The position numbers and the translations under genes are program-made. This document shows positions 1 to 13,805 of a stretch of DNA of 64,000 nucleotides, piece by piece. Location: positions 25,048,433 to 25,112,432 of the forward strand of contig NC_069001.1 in assembly GCF_001194135.2 (NCBI RefSeq), given 5' to 3'. The notes under the pieces were generated by a model, which saw only the letters and a list, made by a program, of their open reading frames with translations, was not told where the DNA came from and made no database searches. How positions within the stretch are numbered: position 1 is the first letter of the stretch; the number at the start of each line of letters is the position of its first letter. Origin of the DNA: Octopus bimaculoides. Its lineage: Eukaryota.

Positions 1-42
<42 letters not shown>

Positions 43-260
43 AATACATGTCTATATGTGTATATATACATGTGTATTCTATATATATATATATATATAT
101 ACATATATATACACAATGTCTATATGTGTATGTATGTATATATATACTTATATTATTCATATTTAAAAAGTAAAATTATATATGTAAATATACATATATA
201 CATATATATAGAAAGAGGGAGATACATCTATCCATACATATATGCGTACATACACATATA
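1..260. repeat. (TA)n and TA-rich degenerate microsatellite
   Basis: Directly visible TA dinucleotide run followed by TA/TG-rich low-complexity sequence. Confidence 0.95.
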
Positions 261-840
261 TACCTACATACATATTCTGCGATATATGTGTTACTGGGTG
301 TGTTTATGTGTGTATAGGCACGTACATATATGTGTATATTTGTATAAATTCTTGCCTATGTATACCGAAATCAAGCTGGGTGTGTCCGTGTGTCTGTGTT
401 GGAATGAAAACCTGTTTATTCAATTTCATGTAAACTTCTCTTGGCAGAAATCATAGAAATTCTGCCCCAGGTATCTGGTATCAGCTTTGACAGCAGTAAA
501 TTTAAGAGGGAAAATAAAAACTTCTTCAGAAATTTTAACACCAAGAACCACAGCATATGCAACACCACTGAAGCTATAACATAAAAATAAAAGCAACTAC
601 TGCTACAATAACAAATATGAAAAGTATTTACAATAACAATCGCAGAATGCTATTCACATGGATATTTATCTCCGAATAGTTTACATATATAGAAACATAT
701 TGACTACAGCAGCAACAACAACAAAAAAACAACAATAATATTCATAATAATCATCATTATCAATGATATTAATACGATAACATTTTTTACGTACCTGTTG
801 TGTGCGTCACACTTACTTCAGAGAAGTGGCAAAACTAGAG

Positions 841-856
841 AGGAGGACATAGAAGA

Positions 857-896
<40 letters not shown>

Positions 897-975
897 TGAG
901 AGAGAGAGAAAGAGAGAGAGAGAAAGTGAGAGTAAGAGAGAATGTGAGAGAGAAAGAGAGAGAGTGAAAGAGACA
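841..975. repeat. (AG)n microsatellite / purine tract
   Basis: Directly visible GA repeats. Confidence 0.95.
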
Positions 976-1102
976 GTGAGTGGTGACAGCGTTCATCGTA
1001 AGAGAAGTAGATACGTATACACATTGTTAAATCAAAAACTGGAGAGAAAAGGGGCAAAAAGGAAGTGAAAGAGAGTACTCTATAGACATGCATAACATTA
1101 AC

Positions 1103-1175
1103 ATAGTTCTCAGGGAGATTCAGCCTTACACAGAATATGACAAAGCTGGCCCCTTTGAATTACAGCTACAACTCG
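1103..1175 (-). mobile_element. 3' fragment of SINE family C (tail of the 39885-40265 element)
   Basis: Reverse complement matches the tail of the copy at 40085-40146 (gtaattcaaagggtcagccttgtcaca...gctgaat.tccc.gagaacta). Confidence 0.75.
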
Positions 1176-1616
1176 AGACATATACATATATGCATATATA
1201 TATATATATGAGTTCAGCAAAAATTTAGATTCGGGTGAATATGGTACTTAAGTTGAGGCACCAGAATTTAGTTCGGTATTATCCATACAATTTACAATAA
1301 GATGATTAAAATCAAAATAAGCAACAAAGATATCCAGAAGTATTGCAGTACGATCGTTTCATGCAACTCCATTTAATTGAACAATGCATCAATTTAAAAT
1401 GCAGAGCAATAGCAAATATTGGATACCGTATCCTAAACAAAAAGAGTCTAATACATTCGCATATGCTTTTCAATTGAAACACTGAATCAATTTGGACATT
1501 TATTGTTTTAATAGCAAGAGAAAAGTGAGTGTGAGTGGGATGTGTGTGATTGAAGGAGGAAGAACTTGAAGACACAACTAAAACAATTCCAGTCAATGGC
1601 AAAGCAACAGGAAGGA

Positions 1617-1653
<37 letters not shown>

Positions 1654-1675
1654 TAGAGAGAGAGANNNNNNNNNN

Positions 1676-1713
<38 letters not shown>

Positions 1714-3249
1714 TGAAGACTTGTGGTGGACTATCTGACACTTACTGTCTCTTTGCCTCCCTCCCTAGATATGTTTTTGTGTATGTGTGAGCATGTATGT
1801 GTATGTTTGTGTGTATATGATTGTGTGTGTTGCCGTTTTGAATTCCTTTCTGCGACTGACCTTAAACTCCTATTAAAGGCCGAACCACACACATACACAC
1901 ACATACGCATTTGTTTTAACCCATTTCAACTGCAGTCGTACACCAAAAAACGTCGTAAGTGGTTTGCTCCAAAATTAAAATTTTGAATGTGTTTTCAATA
2001 TACAATTACACCATAGCTAAAAAAACATCTTTTGGCTTCGGAATACAACGTTGATCTTTTTTTTCTATATTTTTTACGTTAGAATATCTGGCCTATTAAT
2101 GGATGAGTCATTATTACGCATCCGCATTACACCTTTAAGATCGGAAAACCAGTTAGGGGCCCGCTGGATCTTTCTCGGCATACCAGCAAGCCACAAAATC
2201 GCACCAGCAGACAAGCACGTCATGCATTTATGTATGTATCTATGTATGCATGTATGCATGTGTGTGTTTGTGTCTGAAAGTAGTCCCTGAATGTTGGCTT
2301 TGCTGGGTGGACGTGCTTATATCCCCTGTTTTAAAACATAAAGATACAGTACGCTTGTGTCACGTAGCCAACTCGAAACGGTGTTTCCTGGGGCTAAATA
2401 GCAGTAGCATACTTCCCTTTATCGGAACTGCTACATTAAGTGGGCAACAAACCATCACTTTATATATATATATATATATATATATTTAACTCATTCTCTG
2501 TCTATGTTCTCATGCGCTCCCAATTCTGTGTACCTACGTACACATAGTTATAAATTTACCGTTATTCATTTCTTATGGAACGGCATAATGAAATGACCAT
2601 GAGAAAAATATGCATTATCCATGTGTTACTGTAACTGTTTCTTTAATTCCTTCCAGAAGAATCGAAGGAAATACCATTAACACGCATATATATAAATACA
2701 GGCCCCTATGTTGTGAAAGAATTTCACAAGTGTCAACATCGAAAAATTCCTGTTCTTGCGTCACTCTACTACCTCTGCGCATAATTCTATAAAACGAGTA
2801 GTGCCTATATATATATATAATACAAATAATAAATGAGTATATGCATATATACATACATGTATGTACATATCTACATCTACATGTATATATAGATGTATAT
2901 CTGGGTACAGGACGAGGCAGCAGACAAACAGACAGATAGATAGATAGATAGATAGATAGATCTATGGATGGATATCAAAAGGTTATCTTTATATGAAAGT
3001 TAACATTGATGCCTTGTTAGAAACACTCTATACTGCGTTATTAGCGTTGAGAGACTGTCTCATAGAAACGCATTGCACTGAGAGCGTTGAGGAGTTCTCA
3101 AGGTTAATAATGCAATGTTCAGTTTTCTAAGAAAACATACACGTGAAGTTGGATACCAGATTAGCTTTTTGTTTCTAACTAATACAGCTACTGTCTCTAA
3201 TAATTTATATATATATATATTCATTTATATATGCATGTTTGCACATGCA

Positions 3250-3308
3250 TATATCTATATCTATCTCTCTCTATCTATCTATCTATCCATCCATCCATCC
3301 ATCCATCC

Positions 3309-3370
<62 letters not shown>
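3250..3370. repeat. (TCTA)n/(TCCA)n tetranucleotide microsatellite
   Basis: Directly visible; similar tracts at 3853-3940, 25435-25530, 44470-44555, 50548-50596 and 52430-52495. Confidence 0.95.
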
Positions 3371-3371
<1 letters not shown>

Positions 3372-3852
3372 AACTTCTTCAAGTATCACCTGAAGAGGAA
3401 TGTGAGAGTAGAAAGGGAAGTCTTGTCTAGTGAATGCTTCAAAAAAAGATGGGTGAATGTAGCAAGGATGGCACGTGTGAACGACGGAGCCATATTGAGC
3501 ATAACCCTATGAACAAAAAAAACAAAAAAAACAAAAAGGCAAAAGAGAGTCACTTACTGTTATAGTTTCTTCAANNNNNNNNNNNNNNNNNNNNNNNNNN
3601 NNNNNNNNNNNNNNNNNNNNNNNNNNNNNNNNNNNNNNNNNNNNNNNNNNNNNNNNNNNNNNNNNNNNNNNNNNNNNNNNNNNNNNNNNNNNNNNNNNNN
3701 NNNNNNNNNNNNNNNNNNNNNNNNNNNNNNNNNNNNNNNNGATCGACACCACCAATATTTTTTTTTTCCTTCCTTCCCCCTCCCAAAAAGAAAAGCTCTA
3801 CATTGTATTTGTCCCATCTTCGTTGAGCCCTGTGTGGCTAATAAAAGAAATG

Positions 3853-3971
<119 letters not shown>

Positions 3972-4169
3972 AAGTAAGTATTCACATATATATACTTTGA
4001 TACTTGCATATGTTTCTGCCAGAAATGTCAGAAGTTATATGTTACTAAATAGTACCGCCAGGAAAATGCATTTAATGATGTTTCATATTACAACCATTCT
4101 TCGGGCACCATAGCCTTTTCCAGTAATAAGTTATTGTGAGCAAAAATACAACCGAGTCTAGATTAAATT

Positions 4170-4400
4170 TTTTAGAGTTTCTCGTCTAGGTATTGCTTGA
4201 ATGTTATGAGATCATTTTCTTCTCCTATGACTCTTAGCATGATGTTAAAGAGAGCAGGACTGATTGGGGTGAAACCTTTCTGTCTCAGTGTTGCAGTATG
4301 ACTCAAGAATGACTTTTGTAACGGAAGGATGACACTCGGGCCAGGCCTTGAGTAAATTTTAAAGCTGATGCCAACATCATTTGAGTTGGGGGAGAATAAA
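4170..4400 (-). mobile_element. Degraded non-LTR (RTE-like) reverse transcriptase fragment
   Basis: Minus strand translates KIYSRPGPSVILPLQKSFLSHTATLRQKGFTPISPALFNIMLRVI, resembling the LINE RT motif GVRQGCxLSPxLFNIxLE. Confidence 0.5.
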
Positions 4401-7400
4401 CCGTTGGGGGAGAATAAAGTTTAGATTTCTTAAGACGTTCTGAATGATGAAGATATTTCATATCATCTATCTTTTACGTGATAGTTCTCTGGAATGCTTC
4501 AAAGTGTATAATATCTTGTTTCCTGTAGGGCGACTACAGGGAGCAACGGAATACATTTTGTGACGACAGCGAAGGTGGAGAAGAAAAAAATTATAGAAGC
4601 GTCTGAAGACCGAAAAGTTCTAAGGATCCAAAAGCATGAACTGCGAGGAATTTCGAACCTCTTGTTTATCGAATTTTATTAAACGAATCGTCATGAAACA
4701 TATTTTTATTGTTTCTCTTTAATTGAATAATATATTGTATAGAATAACATTTCATAACATGGCTAGATCATCGCTAACCTGCATCAGAGCAACAAATAAT
4801 GAAATAATAGTAAAAATAAATAAATAGAATAAAATAGCAGCTTTTAATGATATGATACTATTTAAAAGATATTTTGATCTACTACTGTAATATTAACACA
4901 CGTTTTAATTTCCTCTCGAAATTTAAGTGAATAAACTTTTGATTGGAATAGTGGCCTACGTAGGTATTATTCCCATAACGTTTTGACCACTTTCATTGTC
5001 TCCTTACACGAAATAAAATATTAATCCAATATTGTTTTCGAAGACGTGCATGAAGAAACCTATTGGCTTTCTATCACAAACGTTACTTCTTATAAAAGGC
5101 TTATTTATCCAAAATTTTCTTCAATTAAAAACAAAACAATATAAATGTATTTCATGACGAATTATTCTATAAAATTCGATAACCTACAAAGACGACACGG
5201 CTCGCAGGGCTTTCTTCTGAATCTTCAGAGCTTTGCGTTCTAGAGATGCTCGTAACAGTATTCTTTTCAGCTCCACCTTTGGCTGTCCTCACCTTGAATA
5301 CTATTATTCGTTGTAGTCTTCCTGCACGAAAGAAAATATTAAACCTTTTTTTTTTTTTTTTTTTGTAAGGCATGCATGAACATATTTAGCCAAACAAACC
5401 TTGCCGGAATCGAAATCAGAGACACAAGCTCATGAAATGAACTTCTGAAATATTCAGCCATTGTGAAACATTAATAGTACAAGTCAATCGCAATGACAGA
5501 ATTTTCATGAATAATCAATAATGTTTTGATATATGTAACACCTAAATAAATTCTCTCCTTTTTCACTTGGAAAACTTAGGAGGTAAAACCTAGAAAAGAC
5601 CTCGATTTCTAAAATAAAAATCCAAAATACAGTACTGCCAGAGTGCTATAAGAATGAAAGTATTTTTTTATCACTTTTTAAAATTTCTTAAGATAGTTTT
5701 CTTATATCAGTCAACCAAATCAGCCGATATTTTTTCACTGATAGCTAAAGACCATCTGAAAAAAAAAAAAAACCCCCGAAATTCCTGTAACTTATACTGT
5801 TTAGTTCTCATTTCCAATTTTTGTACAATCTATCTCAAGCCTCCCTTTAATTCACTGTTGTCCTTTGATGCTTTGCGGTCTCTTACAATCCAGTCTATCA
5901 GTTTCTTTGTCTACAGTTTATGACATCCTTTTCTGTGTCCAGCCCAATTCAATTTCAAAGAAATATGGAAAGAAACAACATTATTTAATCTATTTCATCT
6001 CTGTCTGAAAGGTGAGAAAGTATTCAGTACTGGTTATTAAATAATAAAGTAGACTATTTGCAAATTTAAACTTACACATTGTGTAGAAGCTAATGCTTGT
6101 ACAGCTACGTAACTTACCCATCATAATCTCACTTTTATTGGACCCAATATTTTCAAACCAAAGTAATCGAAGTATGTTTTTGTCTACATAAATAAAGATA
6201 CTAAATTTAAAGCTCGTCCATTACTACAGTTTTATTAATATGTTTTTAAACAATAATATTCAGTTTTATTATGTTTCAGATGATAGCTATTGAATACGTC
6301 TGCAATCTATATAGATACACCTGAGAAAGTACGTGAAGAGAATGGCTCTTACCAAAATCTGTGCTTGCAAGTATAGATACAAAGTTAGAGTTAGTTGAGA
6401 GGAAAGGTCATTCGCCATTCAGTATCAATGGAAACTATATGTGAATGTTGTTTGTATATTCTTTCATTAAATAGACACTGCTGGATTGACCACAACATTT
6501 CTATAGTTTAGTTTTCGCTTCTTTGAATGTTGACTTCCGAACTTTGCCACATTGAAATGGCTGCTAAAACTTCGGTTTATTCCAGTTTATAGTCCACTCC
6601 TCACTTCCTCAATATTGCTGACATCTTCAAGACAATAATCGATAGACTACTTCTCTCTTTCTGTTTTCGGCTCACTGACTTTGAATGTAGTTTTCAATTG
6701 TGCAAAACTAAGCGGGCACCATCTTTTGGAGAGATTGTACTAAGTCTGATAAAAGCATCATGGAAAACATAATAAAAATAATGGAAGAAAACAAACAAAA
6801 CATCAAAACAAAAACAATGATTCTTCAGTTAATATTTCCTACTTTAGATAAGAGAACTAATGTATAAATTTCAAATTGGAAGCGTGTTGATATCTTTGTT
6901 TATGGCTCTATTGATTTGGAGAAATACTTACACACACATACACACACAGGAACATACTGACACATGCAAGCACACACACGCATAGATATACATATGCATA
7001 TACACATACATATACATACCTATATATATATATTTATATATATATATATATATACCTACATGTATACATAAGTATATAAATACAAATATATGAATATATA
7101 TATATGTATATATGAATGTATGTACATATACATTTGCGCGCTCGTGCCTCAATCGGCGTGTGTGTAAATGTATGTGAGTGTATGCATGTATATAGCAGTG
7201 TACGCTATGTAAAAGATATCAGATAAAAAAAAAAGACACTTTGAAATGTATAAAACTTCCCAAAAGATTGTCATAATCTATTAATGCAGGCCGGCATAAT
7301 TCTAAGCCAAATATTGGCATGGGTCATATTACTTTAAAGAAACATTTACTGTGAACCGATGTAGATATTTTTGAATAAATGAACATCTTAAATTACATTT

Positions 7401-7795
7401 CTATATAGTTGAGAGGTAGGTAGGATTAGTTTAAGATTACGTTGTGTGTTCTTGATTATCGATTACGACTTTCATGTTTATCCCTTCTACTGTTTATGTT
7501 GATCATTAAAGTTTACGCTGCCCCTATCCGAACACACATCTGAAAACGCTTCTATATTCAGAAGCTTACTGTTGAAACAAAAGAGTGTTAAATACGTATA
7601 TTGCGCATCGTTTTAGTGTATACCTGGTTTCAGTAATAGAAATGCAGCTTAGTTGGAGATCATTCTGAAGGCTCTATGGTTTCATATTAAGCGCAGTACT
7701 TATTTCAGCCCGTTACTTCATTCTTTGGTATTTATGAAACCACAAATTTATAGTGCATAAACTGAGCCATCAGAACGACATATGCACATACAAGC

Positions 7796-7833
<38 letters not shown>

Positions 7834-8290
7834 GTATGAATAGGTTCAAAAGAAGGAGTGCGTTGTGTTACGTGAATAATATTTTCAGAAATCAAAACTT
7901 ATAGTAGTAAACAAACAGATGAAAACACACAAATCTACTGAGTGCACAAACACACAGATGGGCAGAGGATAAACACTGGTAACAAATTGCTCATCAGTTA
8001 TCGACCAGGGTATCAAACATAGTTTCATGCCATTATCGATAATATTTCTTATATAAGCGTCAGAAGCAGTATTAATACCGAATACAATCTGCAGAAATGG
8101 CTGGAATGTTGCGAGAGGGCACCTCCCAGTGAAAAAGCGCAATGATGCTGAAATCAATCGATGTGGCTGTTTCAGCACCCATGACAAACGTTTTGCCGTT
8201 GCCAGTTATATTCGTGTGTGCTCTTAGAACTATATGGTTATAAAAGAGGATCTCTCAAGGCGTATACCGCTATATACGGTGTTCTAATTT

Positions 8291-8367
<77 letters not shown>

Positions 8368-9050
8368 AGACACAGACAGACGGACAAATAGATACATAAA
8401 TGAATAGGTAGATAGATAAAAAGACAGACAGAGAGACATACATACATACAGGCAGGCAGACAGATAGATAGATAGATAGATAGCTAGGTAGATAGATAGA
8501 TATAATTTATAGAGACTATCACAAGAACTTGTTCATAATTTCGAGTTTTAAGTTATAACTTTAGTGGATATGCTTACACTTGCCGCATGAAGAAGGTAAT
8601 CTCTCTACTAATAATTAGACTTCCACAATGTCTAATCAGCATCGTTCAAGTATGAATCTAAATTTGTTGGTACTAATAGAAGAACACTTCACTTTAGGTA
8701 CATATACCTATTGTATTATATCAGTACAAGTTTCCAACTACAAAATTCTACTTATTCATTATTACCTTATCTGTCTCTTGCAAATGGTATTGGATTTGAA
8801 ATTGATTTGACATCAATTCTTAAACATTACGTCAAAATGAAATCTGTTGCAAATATATTCTTTAGCTTTTATTAAATTTCATCACGACGCCTGAGTATCC
8901 GTTGATAGTTTTCTAACACAACAAAGAGATTGACTACAAAACTTACGCTTATGCTTTAAATATAGACACATGTACACTTAGAGGTTTACCTTCTTCAGCT
9001 ACATACACTCACTCATAAACTTACTCACACTCATACTCACACATACTCTT

Positions 9051-9483
9051 TTTTACTCTCTTTTACTTGTTTCAGTCATTTGACTGCGGCCATGCTGGAG
9101 CACCGCCTTCAGTCGAGCAAATCGACCCCAGGACTTATTCTTTGTAAGCCTAGTACTTATTCTATCGGTCTCTTTTGTCGAATCACTAAGGTACGGGGAC
9201 GTAAACACAGCAGCATCGGTTGTCGAACGATGTTGGGGGGACAATCACAGACACACAAACACACACACACACACACAGACAGACACACAACTACACACAC
9301 ACACACACATACATATATACGACAGGCTTCTTTCAGTTTCCGTCTACGAAATCCAATCACAAGGCTTTGGTCGGCCCGAGGCTATAGTAGAAGACACTTA
9401 CCCAAGATGCCACGCAGTGAGAATGAACATGGAACCATGTGGTTGGTAAGCAAGCTACTTACCACACAGCCACTCCTGCGCCT
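9051..9483 (-). mobile_element. Full-length octopus tRNA-derived SINE, family A (CORE-type, OR2-like; family name tentative)
   Basis: On the minus strand: tRNA-like head (aggcgcaggagtggctgtgtggtaag...), CORE-like ttgggtaagtgtcttc, internal (TG)n and 3' tail ending gcagtcaaatgactgaaacaagtaaaagag. Pieces recur at 10041, 11340, 13806, 14831, 55062 and 63000. Confidence 0.9.
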
Positions 9484-9892
9484 CCTGCATATGTTTATTG
9501 TCTTATTTTAATTGATGGTGCTTTCTTATGTAGACGGAAGTGCACTGTCCTGAGCCAAGAACAGGACGGTCATGAACGGAACGCTGCTAAATCAGGAATG
9601 ATCTGTGTCTAAATGGAAGAATTTCAAGGTTGCTAAACTGGATGGCACCCGATGAGAACAACCCGAGTATGGCATACGCCTATAAGGAATGATGAGAAAA
9701 AATGGACAGTGTGTGTGCGCGCATGCGTACGTGCGTGTGTGTGTGTTTATGTTCGTGCCACTGTGTGTGTGTGTGTGTGTGTGTTTGTGTGTGTGTGTAT
9801 CCATAATGTAAAAACGTAACTTCATATAGTAATTTAACACTAGACGTTGTTCTTTATTCTCTCTCTTCTCTCAATAACCCGCTCTCTTTCAC

Positions 9893-9936
<44 letters not shown>

Positions 9937-10040
9937 TGTATATATTTATACCCTGTTTGATGCAGATTTCGCAATTTGGGTGGATGTATTCTTAACTGTT
10001 CAAATTGTATTTTGGGTAGGAAATTTGGAACTACTTTTTA

Positions 10041-10222
10041 CACTTTTACTCTTGTACTTGTTTCAGTCATTTGACTGCGGCCATGCTGGAACACCGCCTT
10101 AAGTTGAGCAAATCTACCCCAGGACTTATTCTCTGTAAGCCTAGTACTTATCTTATTGGTCTCTTTTGCCGAACCGCTAAGTTACAGGGACGTAAACACA
10201 CCAACATCAGTTGTCTAGTGGT
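10041..10222 (-). mobile_element. SINE family A, 3' part, truncated by a gap
   Basis: Near-identical to 9051-9235. Confidence 0.88.
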
Positions 10223-11305
10223 NNNNNNNNNNNNNNNNNNNNNNNNNNNNNNNNNNNNNNNNNNNNNNNNNNNNNNNNNNNNNNNNNNNNNNNNNNNNNN
10301 NNNNNNNNNNNNNNNNNNNNNNNNNNNNNNNNNNNNNNNNNNNNNNNNNNNNNNNNNNNNNNNNNNNNNNNNNNNNNNNNNNNNNNNNNNNNNNNNNNNN
10401 NNNNNNNNNNNNNNNNNNNNNNNNNNNNNNNNNNNNNNNNNNNNNNNNNNNNNNNNNNNNNNNNNNNNNNNNNNNNNNNNNNNNNNNNNNNNNNNNNNNN
10501 NNNNNNNNNNNNNNNNNNNNNNNNNNNNNNNNNNNNNNNNNNNNNNNNNNNNNNNNNNNNNNNNNNNNNNNNNNNNNNNNNNNNNNNNNNNNNNNNNNNN
10601 NNNNNNNNNNNNNNNNNNNNNNNNNNNNNNNNNNNNNNNNNNNNNNNNNNNNNNNNNNNNNNNNNNNNNNNNNNNNNNNNNNNNNNNNNNNNNNNNNNNN
10701 NNNNNNNNNNNNNNNNNNNNNNNNNNNNNNNNNNNNNNNNNNNNNNNNNNNNNNNNNNNNNNNNNNNNNNNNNNNNNNNNNNNNNNNNNNNNNNNNNNNN
10801 NNNNNNNNNNNNNNNNNNNNNNNNNNNNNNNNNNNNNNNNNNNNNNNNNNNNNNNNNNNNNNNNNNNNNNNNNNNNNNNNNNNNNNNNNNNNNNNNNNNN
10901 NNNNNNNNNNNNNNNNNNNNNNNNNNNNNNNNNNNNNNNNNNNNNNNNNNNNNNNNNNNNNNNNNNNNNNNNNNNNNNNNNNNNNNNNNNNNNNNNNNNN
11001 NNNNNNNNNNNNNNNNNNNNNNNNNNNNNNNNNNNNNNNNNNNNNNNNNNNNNNNNNNNNNNNNNNNNNNNNNNNNNNNNNNNNNNNNNNNNNNNNNNNN
11101 CCATCCGTTAGAGAAAAATTTGTAGTTTGGAATCAGTAGTTCTTTGACTGCTATTTCTAAATTTTCAGTATGTTGGTGAAGCATCTCATGCTAAGCCCTA
11201 TATATTTATGATTATAAATGGTTTTACCGATAAAGGTTTTTTTTCATACTGAACTACTTGGCAAAATTGTTAATTATAATTTTATTACTAATTGGCAATT
11301 CCCTG

Positions 11306-11339
<34 letters not shown>

Positions 11340-11342
<3 letters not shown>

Positions 11343-11500
11343 CGACGGACTTCTTTCACACTCCGTCTACCAAATCCACTAATAAGGCTTTGGTCAGCCC
11401 GAGGCTAGAGTAGAAAACACTTGCTCAAGGTGCCACGCAGTGGGACTGAACCCAGAACGATGCGGTTGGTAACCAGGCTACTTACAACACAGCCGCTCCT
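11340..11500 (-). mobile_element. SINE family A, 5' head and core
   Basis: Matches 9318-9480. Confidence 0.85.
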
Positions 11501-13719
11501 GTGAAGCAATTTTTTTATGAACTTTGTTTTCTTTTCACTTTTACTTATTTTGTGTATTACAATTGCCTTTCGGTAGAGCTCTTTTCCTAGAGAACGGGCC
11601 GCAGATAGTGGATAGTGATACGGGAACCAGACACTATGGTTGGTTGTGAGATAAGCGGTTTCCTGCAGGACGTATAAGTAAATCCGGACCAAACAACGGT
11701 AACCAACAAGAGGAGATCCAGAAATGGATGACACTGTTATCTCTCACGCAAACTCTTGCAACCCACTGATTTATTTACGACTAGGCGAATAATGACCGAC
11801 TTAAAAATAAGTTAAGTTGTCGTGAGACTGAGAAGATTACTAAATTGGTAACAGGCTCGAACAAGACCACAAAAATTGTTCTATGGTTTGTTGTAGTAAA
11901 ATAATTCATACCACATCGTACATTGATTGGAGCAATAAGGAATGTGATTAGCCTTTATTTGGAATGGCCCGCCCGAAAATTATATTATAATCTCCATCCA
12001 ACGCCGTGAAAACTGGCGATGAGTTCGCGACCTGGGATGCAACGCAGGTTCTAGATCCTTTTCCTTGAAAAGGATCCAGAAATGAGGCGCAAATAAATGA
12101 GCTTTTTTATCTGTGCATCATTTATCGAAAGAAGGATAATCAATCTGAGAGATGACGTGGCATATCTCCATGTTTCTCGGACCGTGTGTTTGTATATACG
12201 ATAAAATATTAAATGTATCAGGGGACTTTTGTTTCGTTACTTTTTGAACTTCTTGCTTGCTTTTCTCGAGATTTTGAATGTTGCATTATTTTATTCATAA
12301 ATGATGTCTTTCGATGAATAAATTCTTAAGTTCTTTCTGCCTTGGATACAACTGTGCAGATTCTTCCTGTCAGGTTAAAATGTATATTTATTACTACTTG
12401 TTTGGAAGACTGCAAGAAAATACCAGATGATATTTCGAATCTATTGACTCGAAGCAGATGCCGGTTTTAATATTTGTATCTCATTTTATGATAAAAAGTT
12501 CTAAAAGGCATAGTTTGGTTATATCATTATGGGGATAATCTACCTTGTGTATTTACAGGATACAATAATCACCAATCTCTGTGTTTTCGGTTGGCGAACT
12601 GGTGATTATGGTTGCCGAAAATTAATCTGATACATTCATGTATAATATTTGAACTTTTATGCATGCCATGAAAATATTAGCATACCAACATGCAAATGTA
12701 ACGCCCACAGAAGATTTTTACAACATGCTTGATATATTAAGTAACTGGCATGGCCTCAAAACTCTGCATCATAAGCGGCCAGGGCGCAATTTGCAGTTGA
12801 AGGAATTTTAATATGCTAACAAATACTACTTATTAAAAACTCTCTTATCAGTATATTAAATAGTAATGATATGGATGAGAGGAAATTAACTTGCTTATAA
12901 CACCTTAATATATTCCATCACCTTGTTGAGTTAGCTATTATAATACTCGATAACAAAAGCCACAAGGAAGGAAGAAAACTTTCTTTTGACAGTATATTTA
13001 AAATAAATATCATTATGTTTTAAATATATACTTGCTCTTAGTAAAACATTATCACGGGTGCTTCCTTTTGTATGAGATATTTGTGATGGAAGCATACGAA
13101 AATACTTATCACATAAACATGTATAAATTTGAAAACCATGAAAAGAAAACGAAGATAAGGTTGAATGGAAATCATTAAAAAATATATATATTGTTGAACA
13201 TTTGATAGCAACAGTACGTGTTTCTTATTTTTGTTAATCTTCCATGTCGAATGTCCATTAGGAATGCATATATTAATGGACATATATATGTAAATGGAAA
13301 TTACGTACACACTTAAATATGTATAAACATATACGCAAACATACATATAAACATTGACACATACAGATGCATACCCTTGTATGCATATACAAACATAATA
13401 TATATACACACAAGCACGCATTTTCATATAAGCATAACAAAATACATACAGCACGTGCTTACGCAGAAAACCATTCCGATATGTAAATTATTTATGACGT
13501 TGTTCACACGTATTGGAGAATATCTTTAACTATTTATATAAGATGTGTAAAGAAATATATACGCAATATTTCTTTAAAATAAATAAACAGTGTTATGCGC
13601 CTGTGCATATATTTTCATGCGTACATAACTCTAAGCACACATCTCTATTTTGCTCTCTTTCTAGATGTCTGTCTCTCTCACTCTCTCTCCCTCCCTTTGC
13701 ATATATACATGTATTTATA

Positions 13720-13773
<54 letters not shown>

Positions 13774-13805
13774 GCGTGTGCGTGTGTTTATATACAAATA
13801 TATAT

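Noticed and set aside
58-3512. Tyr/Ile, Ser/Leu, Arg/Glu and His/Thr-rich ORFs
   Set aside because: Translations of TA, CT/AG, TCTA and CA microsatellites; the same applies throughout the window.
7885-8187. 100-aa minus ORF MSWVLKQPH...
   Set aside because: TTG start, no recognisable domain, and it runs into a CA-rich tract.
9080-9511. 143-aa ORF MTAAMLEHRLQ...
   Set aside because: Antisense reading of SINE family A; it recurs at 10071.
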